Assembly (NCBI GenBank): GCA_964016885.1
Contig: OZ024744.1
Span: 102,982,001-103,046,000, forward strand
Direction of reading: 5' to 3'
Origin: Eledone cirrhosa
Lineage: Eukaryota
Length of the DNA stretch: 64,000 nt
Part shown: positions 1 through 13,799 of the stretch, in pieces
Position numbering within the stretch: the stretch's first letter is position 1
Layout of the letters: every line of letters begins with the position of its first letter
Made by a program: the position numbers and the translations under genes
Notes under the pieces: generated by a model
Told to the model about the DNA's origin: nothing
Databases searched by the model: none
The model's input: only the letters and a program-made list of their open reading frames with translations

Positions 1-3000
1 CTGTTGCCATGAAACTAAAAAGTAGCCAGTCTACTGTTTAAACTGGTCCTGCTGCCATGAAACTAAAAAGTAACAAGTCCACTGTTTAAAGTGGTCCTGC
101 TGCCATGAAACCAAAAAGTAGTCAGTCCACTGTTTAAAGTGGTCCTGCTGCCATAAAACTATAAAGTAGTCAGTCTACTGTTTAAAGTGGTCCTGTTGCC
201 ATGAAACTAAAAAGTAAACAGTCTACTGTTTAAAGTGGTCCTGTTGCCATGAAACTAAAAAGTAAACAGTCTACTGTTTAAAGTGGTCCTGTTGCCGTGA
301 AACTAAAAAGTAACCATTCCACTGTTTAAAGTGGTCCTGCTGCCATGAAACTAAAAAGTAGTCAGTATACTGTTTAAAGTGGTCCTGCTGCCATGAAACT
401 AAAAAGTAACCAGACCACTGTTTAAAGTGGTCCTGCTCCCATGAAACTAAAAAGTAACCAGTCTACTGCTTAAAGTGGTTCTGTTGCCATGAAACTAAAA
501 AGCAGTCAGTCTACTGTTTAAAGTGGTCCTGTTGCCATGAAACTCAAAAGTAACCAGTCTACTGCTTAAAGTGGTCCTCTTGCAATAAAACTAAAAAGTA
601 GTCAGTCTACTGTTTAAAGTGGTCCTGCTGCCATGAAACTAAAAAGTAGTCAGTCTACTGTTTAAAGTGGTCCTGCTGCCATGAAACTAAAAAGTAACCA
701 GTCCACTGTTTAAAGTGGTCCTGCTGCCATGAAACTAAAAAGTAACCAGTCCACTGTTTAAAGTGGTCCTGCTGCCATGAAAGTAAAAAGTAACCAGTCC
801 ACTGTTTAAAGTGGTCCTGTTGCCATGAAACCAAAAATTAGTCAGACCACTGTTTAAAGTGGTCCTGCTGCCATGAAACTAAAAAGTAACCAGTCTACTG
901 CTTAAAGTGGTCCTCTTGCAATGAAACTAAAAAGTAGTCAGTCTACTGTTTAAAGTGGTCCTGCTGCCATGAAACTAAAAAGTAGTCAGTCTACTGTTTA
1001 AAGTGGTCCTGTTGCCATGAAACTAAAAAGTAGTCAGTCTTCTGTTTAAAGTGGTCCTGCTGCCATGAAACTAAAAAGTAGTCAGTATACTGTTTAAAGT
1101 GGTCCTGCTGCCAGGAAACTAAAAAGTAACCAGTCTACTGTTTAAAGTGGTCCAGCTGCCATGAAACTAAAAAGGAGTCAGTCTACTATTTAAACTGGTC
1201 CTGCTGCCATGAAACTAAAAAGTAACCAGTTCCACTGTTTAAAGTGGTCCTGTTGCCATGAAACTAAAAAGTAAACAGTCTACTGTTTAAAGTGGTCCTG
1301 TTGCCATGAAACTAAAAAGTAAACAGTCTACTGTTTAAAGTGGTCCTGTTGCCGTGAAACTAAAAAGTAACCATTCCACTGTTTAAAGTGGTCCCGCTGC
1401 CATGAAACTAGAAAGTAACCAGCCTACTCTTTGAAGTGGTCCTGTTGCCATTAAACTAAAAAGTAACCAGTCTACTGTTTAAAGTGGTCCTGCTGCCATG
1501 AAACTAAAAAGTAGTCAGTCTACTGTTTAAAGTGGCCCTGCTTCCATGAAACTAAAAAGTAGTCAGTATACTGTTTAAAGTGGTCCTGCTGCCATGAAAC
1601 TAAAAAGTAAACAGACCACTGTTTAAAGTGGTCCTGCTCCCATGAAACTAAAAAGTAACCAGTCTACTGCTTAAAGTGGTACTGTTGCCATGAAACTAAA
1701 AAGCAGTCAGTCTACTGTTTAAAGTGGTCCTGTTGCCATTAAACTCAAAAGTAACCAGTCTACTGCTTAATGTGGTCCTCTTGCAATGAAACTAAAAAGT
1801 AGTCAGTCTACTGTTTAAAGTGGTCCTGCTGCCATGAAACTAAAAAGTAGTCAGTCTACTGTTTAAAGTGGTCCTGCTGCCATGAAACTAAAAAGTAACC
1901 AGTCCACTGTTTAAAGTGGTCCTGCTGCCATGAAACTAAAAAGTAACCAGTCCACTGTTTAAAGTGGTCCTGCTGCCATGAAACTAAAAAGTAACCAGTC
2001 CACTGTTTAAAGTGGTCCTGTTGCCATGAAACTAAAAAGTAGTCAGACCACTGTTTAAAGTGGTCCTGCTGCCATGAAACTAAAAAGTAACCAGTCTACT
2101 GCTTAAAGTGGTCCTCTTGCAATGAAACTAAAAAGTAGTCAGTCTACTGTTTAAAGTGGTCCTGCTGCCATGAAATTAAAAAGTAGTCAGTCTACTGTTT
2201 AAAGTGGTCCTGTTGCCATGAAACTAAAAAATAGTCAGTCTTCTGTTTAAAGTGGTCCTGCAGCCATGAAACTAAAAAGTAGCCAGTATACTGTTTAAAG
2301 TGGTTCTGCTGCCATGAAACTAAAAAGTAACCAGTCTACTGCTTAAAGTGGCTCTGTTGCCATGAAACTAAAAAGCAGTCCGTCTACTGTTTAAAGTGGT
2401 CCTGTTGCCATGAAACTCAAAAGTAACCAGTCCACTGTTTAAAATGGTCCTGTTGCCATGAAACTAAAAAGTAGCCAGTCTACTGTTTAAAGTGGTCCTG
2501 TTGCCATGAAACTAAAACGTAACCATTCCACTGTTTAAAGTGGTCCTGCTGCCATGAAACTAAAAAGTAACCAGTCCACCGTTTAAAGTGGTCCTGCTGC
2601 CATGAAACTAAAAAGTAACCAGTCCACTATTTAAAGTGGTCCTGTTGCCATGAAACTAAAAAGTAGTCAGTCCACTGTTTAAAGTGGTCCTGCTGCCATG
2701 AAACTAAAAAGTAGTCAGTCTACTGTTTAAAGTGGTCCTGCTGCCATGAAACTAAAAAGTAACCAGTCCACTGTTTAAAGTGGTCCTGCTGCCATGAAAC
2801 TAAAAAGTAACCAGTCCACTGTTTAAAGTGGTCCTGCTGCCATGAAACTAAAAAGTAACCAGTCCACCGTTTAAAGTGGTCCTGCTGCCATGAAACTAAA
2901 AAGTAACCAGTCCACTATTTAAAGTGGTCCTGTTGCCATGAAACTAAAAAGTAGTCAGTCCACTGTTTAAAGTGGTCCTGCTGCCATGAAACTAAAAAGT

Positions 3001-6000
3001 AACCAGTCTACTGCTTAAAGTGGTCCTGCTGCCATGAAACTAAAAAGTAGTCAGTCTACTGTTTAAAGTGGTCCAGCTGCCATGAAACTAAAAAATAGTC
3101 AGTCTACTGTTTAAAGTGGTCCTGCTGCTATGAAACTAAAAAGTAACCAGTCTACTGTTTAAAGTCGTCCTGCTGCCATGAAACTAAAAAATAGTCAGTC
3201 TACTGTTTAAAGTGGTCCTGCTGCCATGAAACTAAAAAGTAGTCATTCTACTGGTTAAAGTGGTTATGCTGCCATGAAACTAACAAGTAGTCAGTCTACT
3301 GGTTAAAGTGGTTATACTGCCATGAAACTAAAAAGTAGTCAGTCTACTGGTTAAAGTGATCCTGTTGCCATGAAACTAAAAAGTAGTCAGTCCACTGTTT
3401 AAACTGGTACTGCTGCCATGAAACTAAAAAGTAACCAGTTCCACTGTTTAAAGTGGTACTGTTGCCATGAAACTAAAAAGTAAACAGTCTACTGTTTAAA
3501 GTGGTCCTGCTGCCATGAAACTAGAAAGTAACTAGCCTACTCTTTAAAGTGGTCCTGTTGCCATTAAACTAAAAATAACCAGTCTACTGTTTAAAGTGGT
3601 CCTGCTGCCATGAAACTAAAAAGTAGTCAGTCTACTGTTTAAAGTGGTCCTGTTGCCATGAAACTAAAAAATAGTCAGTCTTCTGTTTAAAGTGGTCCTG
3701 CTGCCATGAAACTAAAAAGTAGTCAGTATACTGTTTAAAGTGGTCCTGTTGCTATGAAACTAAAAAGTAACCAGTCTACTGTTTAAAGTGGTCCTGCTGC
3801 CATGAAACTAGAAAGTAACTAGCCTACTCTTTAAAGTGGTCCTGTTGACATTAAACTAAAAAGTAAACAGTCTACTGTTTAAAGTGGTCCTGCTGCCATG
3901 AAACTAAAAAGTAGTCAGTCTACTGTTTAAAGTGGTCCTGTTGCCATGAAACTAAAAAATAGTCAGTCTTCTGTTTAAAGTGGTCCTGCTGCCATGAAAC
4001 TAAAAAGTAGTCAGTATACTGTTTAAAGTGGTCCAGCTGCTATGAAACTAAAAAGTAACCAGTCTACTTTTTAAAGTCGTCCTGCTGCCATGAAACTAAA
4101 AAGTAATCAGTCTACTGCTTAAAGTGGTTCTGTTGCCATGAAACTAAAAAGCAGTCAGTCTAATGTTTAAAGTGGTCCTGTTATCATGAACCTCAAAAGT
4201 AACCAGTCCACTGTTTAAAGTGGTACTGTTGCCATGAAACTAAAAAGTAAACAGTCTACTGTTTAAAGTGGTCCTGCTGCCATGAAACTAGAAAGTAACT
4301 AGCCTACTCTTTAAAGTGGTCCTGTTGCCATGAAACTCAAAAGTAACCAGTCCACTGTTTAAAATGGTCCTGTTGCCATGAAACTAAAAAGTAGCCAGTC
4401 TACTGTTTAAAGTGGTCCTGTTGCCATGAAACTAAAACGTAACCATTCCACTGTTTAAAGTGGTCCTGCTGCCATGAAACTAAAAAGTAACCAGTCCACC
4501 GTTTAAAGTGGTCCTGCTGCCATGAAACTAAAAAGTAACCAGTCCACTATTTAAAGTGGTCCTGTTGCCATGAAACTAAAAAGTAGTCAGTCCACTGTTT
4601 AAAGTGGTCCTGCTGCCATGAAACTAACAAGTAGTCAGTCTACTGGTTAAAGTGGTTATACTGCCATGAAACTAAAAAGTAGTCAGTCTACTGGTTAAAG
4701 TGATCCTGTTGCCATGAAACTAAAATTAGTCAGTCCACTGTTTAAACTGGTCCTGCTGCCATGAAACTAAAAAGTAACCAGTTCCACTGTTTAAAGTGGT
4801 ACTGTTGCCATGAAACTAAAAAGTAAACAGTCTACTGTTTAAAGTGGTCCTGCTGCCATGAAACTAGAAAGTAACTAGCCTACTCTTTAAAGTGGTCCTG
4901 TTGCCATTAAACTAAAAAGTAACCAGTCTACTGTTTAAAGTGGTCCTGCTGCCATGAAACTAAAAAGTAGTCAGTCTACTGTTTAAAGTGGTCCTGTTGC
5001 CATGAAACTAAAAAATAGTCAGCCTTCTGTTTAAAGTGGTCCTGCTGCCATGAAACTAAAAAGTAGTCAGTATACTGTTTAAAGTGGTCCTGCTGCTATG
5101 AAACTAAAAAGTAACCAGTCTACTCTTTAAAGTCGTCCTGCTGCCATGAAACTAAAAAGTAACCAGTCTACTGCTTAAAGTGGTTCTGTTGCCATGAAAC
5201 TAAAAAGCAGTCAGTCTAATGTCTAAAGTGGTCCTGTTATCATGAACCTCAAAAGTAACCAGTCCACTGTTTAAAATGGTCCTGTTGCCATGAAACTAAA
5301 AAGTAGCCAGTCTACTGTTTAAACTGGTCCTGCTGCCATGAAACCAAAAAGTAGTCAGTCCACTGTTGAAAGTGGTCCTGCTGCCATAAAACTATAAAGT
5401 AGTCAGTCTACTGTTTAAAGTGGTCCTGCTGACATGAAACTAAAAAGTAGTCAGTCCATGTTTAAAGTGGTCCTGCTGCCATGAAACCAAAAAGTAGTCA
5501 GTCCACTGTTTAAAGTGGTCCTGCTGCCATAAAACTATAAAGTAGTCAGTCTACTGTTTAAAGTGGTCCTGCTGACATGAAACTAAAAAGTAGTCTGTCC
5601 ACCGTTTAAAGTGGTCGTGGTGCCATGAAACTAAAAATAGTCAGTCCACTGTTTAAAGCGGTCCGGCTGCCAAGAAATTAAAAAGTAGTCAGTCTACTGT
5701 TTAAAGTGGTCCTGCTGCCATGAAAATAAAAAGAAGTCAGTCCACTGTTTAAAGTGGTCCTGCTCCCATGAAACTAAAAAGTAACCAGTCCACTGTTTGA
5801 AGTGCTCCTGCTGCCATGAAACTAAAAATAGTCAGTCTACTGTTTAAAGTGGTCCTGTTGCCATGAAACTAAAAAATAGTCAGTCTACTGTTTAAAGTGG
5901 TGCTGCTGCCATGAAACTAAAAAGTAACCAGTCCAGTATTTAAAGTGGTCCTGCTGCCATGAAACTAAAAATTAGTCAGTCTACTGTTTAAAGTGGTCCT

Positions 6001-9000
6001 GTTGCCCTGAAACTAAAAAGTGGTCAGTCTACTGTTCAAAGTGGTCCTGCTGCCATGAAAGTAAAAAGTAGTCAGTCTACTGTTTAAAGTTGCCCTGCTG
6101 CCATGAAACTAAAAAGTAACCAGTTCCACTGTTTAAAGTGGTCCTGTTGCCATGAAACTAAAAAGTAAACAGTCTACTGTTTAACTGGTCTTGTTGCCAT
6201 GAAACTGAAAAGTAACCAGTCTACTGTTCAAAGTGGTCCTGCTGCCATGAAACTAAAAAGTAGTCAGTCAACTGTTTAAAGTGGTCCTGCTGCCATGAAA
6301 TTAAAAAGTAACCAGTCCACTGTTTAAAGTGGTTCTGCTGCCATGAAACTAAAAAGTAGTCAGTCTACTGTTTAAAGTGGTCCTGTTGCCATGAAACTAA
6401 AAATAAACAGTCTACTGTTTAAAGTGGTCCTGTTGCCATGAAACAAAAAAGTAAACAGTCTACTGTTTAAAGTGGTCCTGTTGCCGTGAAACTAAAAATA
6501 ACTATTCCACTGTTTAAAGTGGTCCTGCTTCCTTGAAACTAGAAAGTAACCAGTCCACTGTTTAAAGTGGTCCTGTTGCCATGAAACTAAAAAGTAGTCA
6601 GTCCACTGTTTAAAGTGGTCCTGCTGCCATGAAACTAAAAAGTAACCAGTCTACTGCTTAAAGTGGTCCTGCTGCCATGAAACTAAAAAGTAGTCAGTCT
6701 ACTGTTTAAAGTGGTCCAGCTGCCATGAAACTAAAAAATAGTCAGTCTACTGTTTAAAGTGGTCCTGCTGCTATGAAACTAAAAAGTAACCAGTCTACTG
6801 TTTAAAGTCGTCCTGCTGCCATGAAACTAAAAAATAGTCAGTCTACTGTTTAAAGTGGTCCTGCTGCCATGAAACTAAAAAGTAGTCATTCTACTGGTTA
6901 AAGTGGTTATGCTGCCATGAAACTAACAAGTAGTCAGTCTACTGGTTAAAGTGGTTATACTGCCATGAAACTAAAAAGTAGTCAGTCTACTGGTTAAAGT
7001 GATCCTGTTGCCATGAAACTAAAAAGTAGTCAGTCCACTGTTTAAAGTGGTCCTGCAGCCATGAAACTAAAAAGTAGTCAGTCTATTATTTAAAGTGATC
7101 CTGTTGCCATGAAACCAAAAAGTAGTCAGTCTACTGGTCAAAGTGGTCCTGCTGCCATGAAACTAAAAAGTAGTCAGTCTACTGTTTAAAGTTGTCCTGC
7201 TGCCATGAAACTAAAAAGTAACCAGTTCCACTGTTTAAAGTGGTACTGTTGCCATGAAACTAAAAAGTAAACAGTCTACTGTTTAAAGTGGTCCTGCTGC
7301 CATGAAACTAGAAAGTAACTAGCCTTCTCTTTAAAGTGGTCCTGTTGCCATTAAACTAAAAAGTAGCCAGTCTACTGTTTAAAGTGGTCCTGTTGCCATG
7401 AAAGTAAAAAGTAACCATTCCACTGTTTAAAGTGGTCCTGCTGCCATGAAACTAAAAAGTAGTCATTATACTGTTTAAAGTGGTCCTGCTGCCATGAAAG
7501 TAAAAAGTAACCAGTCCACTGTTTAAAGTGGTCCTGTTGCCGTGAAACTAAAAATAACTATTCCACTGTTTAAAGTGGTCCTGCTTCCTTGAAACTAGAA
7601 AGTAACCAGTCCACTGTTTAAAGTGGTCCTGCTGCCATGAAACTAAAAAGTAACCAGTCTACTGTTTAAAGTGGTCCTGCTGCCATGAAACTAAAAAGTA
7701 ACCAGTCCACTGTTTAAAGTGGTCCTGCTGCCATGAAACTAAAAAGTAACCAGTCTACTGCTTAAAGTGGTCCTGTTGCCATGAAACTAAAAAGCAGTCA
7801 GTCTACTGTTTAAAGTGGTCCTGTTGCCATGAAACTAAAAAGTAGTCAGTATACTGTTTAAAGTGGTCCTGCTGCCATAAAACTAAAAAGTAACCAGTCC
7901 AGTGTTTAAAGTGGCCCTGCTGCCATGAAACTAAAAAGTAACCAGCCTATTGCTTAAAGTGGTTCTGTTGCCATGAAACTAAAAAGTAGCCAGTCTACTG
8001 TTTAAAGTGGTCCTGTTGCCATGAAACTAAAAAGCAGTCAGTATACTGTTTAAAGTGGTCCTGCTGCCATGAAACTAAAAAGTAACCATTCCACTGTTTA
8101 AAGTGGTCCTGCTGCCATGAAACTAAAAAGTAACCAGTCCACTGTTTAAAGTGGTCCTGCTGCCATGAAACTAGAAAGTAACAAGCCTACTCTTTAAAGT
8201 AGTCTTGTTGCCATTAAACTAAAAATTAACCAGTCTACTGTTTAAAGTGGTCCTGTTTCCATGAAACTAAAAAGTAGTCAGTCTACTGTTTCAAGTGGTC
8301 CCGCTGCCATGAAACTAAAAAGTAGTCAGTCTACTGTTTAAAGTGGTGCTGCTGCCATGAAACTAAAAAGTAACCAGTCCACTGTTTAATATGGTCCTGT
8401 TGCCATGAAACTAAAAAGTAGCCAGTCTACTGTTTAAAGTGGTCCTGTTGCCATGAAAGTAAAAAGTAACCATTCCACTGTTTAAAGTGGTCCTGCTGCC
8501 ATGAAACTAAAAAGTAGTCATTATACTGTTTAAAGTGGTCCTGCTGCCATGAAAGTAAAAAGTAACCAGTCCACTGTTTAAAGTGGTCCTGCTGCCATGA
8601 AACTAAAAAGTAACCAGTCTACTGCTTAAAGTGGTTCTGTTGCCATGAAACTAAAAAGCAGTCAGTCTACTGTTTAAAGTGGTCCTGTTGCCATGAAACT
8701 CAAAAGTAACCAGTCCACTGTTTAATATGGTCCTGTTGCCATGAAACTAAAAAGTAGCCAGTCTACTGTTTAAAGTGGTCCTGCTGCCATGAAAGTAAAA
8801 AGTAACCAGTCCACTGTTTAAAGTGGTCCTGCTGCCATGAAACTAAAAAGTAGCCAGTCTACTGTTTAAAGTGGTCCTGTTGCCATGAAAGTAAAAAGTA
8901 ACCATTCCACTGTTTAAAGTGGTCCTGCTGCCATGAAACTAAAAAGTAGTCATTATACTGTTTAAAGTGGTCCTGCTGCCATGAAAGTAAAAAGTAACCA

Positions 9001-12000
9001 GTCCACTGTTTAAAGTGGTCCTGCTGCCATGAAACTAAAAAGTAACCAGTCTACTGCTTAAAGTGGTTCTGTTGCCATGAAACTAAAAAGCAGTCAGTCT
9101 ACTGTTTAAAGTGGTCCTGTTGCCATGAAACTCAAAAGTAACCAGTCCACTGTTTAATATGGTCCTGTTGCCATGAAACTAAAAAGTAGCCAGTCTACTG
9201 TTTAAAGTGGTCCTGCTGCCATGAAAGTAAAAAGTAACCAGTCCACTGTTTAAAGTGGTCCTGCTGCCATGAAACTAAAAAGTAGTCAGTCCACTGTTTA
9301 AAGTGGTCCTGCAGCCATGAAACTAAAAAGTAGTCAGTCTATTATTTAAAGTGATCCTGTTGCCATGAAACCAAAAAGTAGTCAGTCTACTGGTCAAAGT
9401 GGTCCTGCTGCCATGAAACTAAAAAGTAGTCAGTCTACTGTTTAAAGTTGTCCTGCTGCCATGAAACTAAAAAGTAACCAGTTCCACTGTTTAAAGTGGT
9501 CCTGTTGTCATGAAACTAAAAAGTAAACAGTCTACTGTTTAAAGTGGTCCTGTTGCCATGAAACTAAAAAGTAAACAGTTTACTGTTTAAAGTGGTCCTG
9601 TTGCCGTGAAACTAAAAAGTAGTCAGTCAACTGTTTAAAGTGGTCCTGCTGCCATGAAATTAAAAAGTAACCAGTCCACTGTTTAAAGTGGTTCTGCTGC
9701 CATGAAACTAAAAAGTAGTCAGTCTACTGTTTAAAGTGGTCCTGCTGCCATGAAACTAAAAAGTAGTCAGTCTACTGTTTAACTGGTCTTGTTACCATGA
9801 AACTAAAAAGTAACCAGCCTACTGTTCAAAGTGGTCCTGCTGCCATGGAACTACAAAGTTGTCAGTCAACTGTTTAAAGTGGTCCTGCTGCCATGAAACT
9901 AAAAAGTAACCAGTTCCACTGTTTAAAGTGGTCCTGTTGCCATGAAACTAAAAAGTAGCCAGTCTACTGTTTAAAGTGGTCCTGTTGCCATGAAACAAAA
10001 AAGTAAACAGTCTACTGTTTAAAGTGGTCCTGTTGCCGTGAAACTAAAAAGTAACTATTCCACTGTTTAAAGTGGTCCTGCTTCCTTGAAACTAGAAAGT
10101 AACCAGCCTACTCTTTAAAGTGGTCCTGTTGCCATTAAACTAAAAAGTAACCAGTCTACTGTTTAAAGTGGTCCTGCTGCCATGAAACTAAAAAGTAACC
10201 AGTCCACTGTTTAAAGTGGTCCTGCTGCCATGAAACTAAAAAGTAACCAGTCTACTGCTTAAAGTGGTCCTGTTGCCATGAAACTAAAAAGCAGTCAGTC
10301 TACTGTTTGAAGTGGTCCTGTTGCCATGAAACTAAAAAGTAGTCAGTATACTGTTTAAAGTGGTCCTGCTGCCATAAAACTAAAAAGTAACCAGTCCAGT
10401 GTTTAAAGTGGTCCTGCTGCCATGAAACTAGAAAGTAACAAGCCTACTCTTTAAAGTAGTCCTGTTGCCATTAAACTAAAAATTAACCAGTCTACTGTTT
10501 AAAGTGGTCCTGTTTCCATGAAACTAAAAAGTAATCAGTCTACTGTTTAAAGTGGTCCCGCTGCCATGAAACTAAAAAGTAGTCAGTCTACTGTTTAAAG
10601 TGGTCCTGTTGCCATGAAACTAAAAAATAGTCAGTCTTCTGTTTAAAGTGGTCCTGCTGCCATGAAACTAAAAAGTAACCAGTCCACTGTTTAATATGGT
10701 CCTGTTGCCATGAAACTAAAAAGTAGCCAGTCTACTGTTTAAAGTGGTCCTGTTGCCATGAAAGTAAAAAGTAACCATTCCACTGTTTAAAGTGGTCCTG
10801 CTGCCATGAAACTAAAAAGTAACCAGTCTACTGCTTAAAGTGGTTCTGTTTCCATGAAACTAAAAAGTAATCAGTCCACTGTTTAATATGGTCCTGTTGC
10901 CATGAAACTAAAAAGTAGCCACTCTACTGTTTAAAGTGGTCCTGCTGCCATGAAACTAAAAAGTAACCATTCCACTGTTTAAAGTGGTCCTGCCGCCATG
11001 AAACTAAAAAGTAGTCATTATACTGTTTAAAGTCGTCCTGCTGCCATGAAACTAAAAAGTAGTCTGTCCACCGTTTAAAGTGGTCGTGCTGCCATGAAAC
11101 TAAAAATAGTCAGTCCACTGTTTAAAGCTGTCCTGCTGCCAAGAAATTAAAAAGTAGTCAGTCTACTGTTTAAAGTGGTCCTGCTGCCATGAAAATAAAA
11201 AGTAGTCAGTCCACTGTTTAAAGTGGTCCTGCTGCCATGAAACTAAAAAGTAACCAGTTCCACTGTTTAAAGTGGTCCTGTTGCCATGAAACTAAAAAGA
11301 AAACAGTCTACTGTTTAAAGTGGTCCTGTTGCCATGAAACTAAAAAGTAAACAGTTTACTGTTTAAAGTGGTCCTGTTGCCGTGAAACTAAAAAGTAACC
11401 ATTCCACTGTTTAAAGTGGTCCTGTTGCCATGAAACTAGAAAGTAACCAGCCTACTCTTTAAAGTGGTCCTGTTGCCATTAAACTAAAAAGTAACCAGTC
11501 TACTGTTTAAAGTGGTCCTGCTGCCATGAAACTAAAAAGTAGTCAGTCTACTGTTGAAAGTGGCCCTGCTTCCATGAAACTAAAAAGTAGTCAGTATACT
11601 GTTTAAAGTGGTTCTGTTGCCATGAAACTAAAAAGCAGTCAGACCACTGTTTAAAGTGGTCCTGCTGCCATGAAACTAAAAAGTAACCAGTCTACTGCTT
11701 AAAGTGGTCCTCTTGCAATGAAACTAAAAAGTAGTCAGTCTACTGTTTAAAATGGTCCTGCTGCCATGAAACTAAAAAGTAGTCAGTCTACTGTTTAAAG
11801 TGGTCCTGTTGCCATGAAACTAAAAAATAGTCAGTCTTCTGTTTAAAGTGGTCCTGCTGCCATGAAACTAAAAAGTAGTCCGTATACTGTTTAAAGTGGT
11901 CCTGCTGCCATGAAACTAAAAAGTAACCAGTCCACTGTTTAAAGTGGTCCTGCTGCCATGAAACTAAAAAGTAACCAGTCTACTGCTTAAAGTGGTTCTG

Positions 12001-13799
12001 TTGCCATGAAACTAAAAAGCAGTCCGTCTACTGTTTAAAGTGGTCCTGTTGCCATGAAACTCAAAAGTAACCAGTCCACTGTTTAAAGTGGTTCTGCTGC
12101 CATGAAACTAAAAAGTAGTCAGTCCACTGTTTAAAGTGGTCCTGCTGACATGAAACTAAAAAGTAGTCAGTCTTCTGTTTAAAGTGTTCCTGTTGCCACG
12201 AAACTAAAAAGTAACCATTCTACTGTTTAAAGTGGTCCGGTTGCCATGAAACTAAAAAGTAAACAGTCTACTGTTTAAAGTGGTCCTGTTGCCATGAAAC
12301 TAAAAAGTAACCATACCACTGTTTAAAGTGGTCCTGCTGCCATGAAACTAAAAAGTAGTCAGTCTACTGTTTAAAGTGATCCTGCTGCCATGAAACTAAA
12401 AAGTAGTCAGTCTACTGTTTAAAGTGCTCCTACTGCCATGAAACTCAAAGTAACCATCTACTGTTTAAAGTGGTCCTGTTACCATTAAACTAAAAAGTAA
12501 CCAGTCTACTGTTTAACGTGGTCCTGTTTCCATGAAACTAAAGAGTAACCAGTCCACTGTTTAAAGTGGTCCTGTTGCCATGAAACTAAAAAATAGTCAG
12601 TCTACTGTATAAAGTGGTACTGCTGCCATGAAACTAAATAGTAACCAGTCTACTGTTTAAAGTGGTCCTGCTGCCATGGAACTAAAAAGTAACCAGTCGA
12701 CTGTTTAAAGTGGTCCTGTTGCCATGAAACTAAAAAGTAGTCAGTCCACTGTTTAAAGTGGTCCTGCTGCCATGGAACTAAAAATTAATCAGTCTACTGT
12801 TTAAAGTGGTCCTGCTGCCATGAAACTAAAAAATAGTCAGTCCACTATTTAAAGTGGTCATGTTGCCATGAATCTAAAAAGTAACCAGCTCACTGTTTAA
12901 AGTGGTCCTGTTGCTATGAAACTAAAAAGTAGTCAGTCTACTGTTTAAAGTGTTCCTGTTGCCATGAAACTAAAATGTAGTCAGTCTACTGTTTAAAGTG
13001 GTCCTGTTGCCATGAAACTAAAAAGTAGTCAGTCTACTGTTTAAAGTGGTCCTGTTGCCATGAAACTAAAAAGTAGTCAGTCCACTGTTTAAAGTGGTCC
13101 TGCTGCCATGAAACTAAAAAGTAGTCAGTCTACTATTTAAAGTGATCCTGTTGCCATGAAACCAAAAAGTAACCAGTCCACTGTTTAAAGTGGTCCTGCT
13201 GCCATAAAACTATAAAGTAGTCAGTCTACTGTTTAAAGTTGTCCTGTTGCCATTAAACTAAAAAGTAACCAGTCAACTGTTTAAAGTTGTCCTGCTGCCA
13301 TGAAACTAAAAAGTAGTCAGTCCATGTTTAAAGTGGTCCTGCTGCCATGAAACTAAAAAGTAGTCTGTCCACCGTTTAAAGTGGTCGTGCTGCCATGAAA
13401 CTAAAAATAGTCAGTCCACTGTTTAAAGCGGTTCTGCTGCCAAGAAATTAAAAAGTAGTCAGTCTACTATTTAAAGTGGTCCTGCTGACATGAAACTAAA
13501 AAGTAGTCAGTCCATGTTTAAATTGGTCCTGCTGCCATCAAACTAAAAAGTAGTCAGTCCACTGTTTAAAGTGGTCCTGCTGCCATGAAACTAAAAAGTA
13601 ACCAGTCCACTGTTTAAAGTGGTCCTGCTGCCATGAAAATAAAAAGTAGTCAGTCCACTGTTTAAAGTGGTCCTGCTGCCATGAAACTAAAAAGTAACCA
13701 GTCTACTGCTTAAAGTGGTCCTGTTGCCATTAAACTAAAAAGTAACCAGTCAACTGTATAAAGTTGTCCTGCTGCGATGAAACTAAAAAGTAACCAGTC

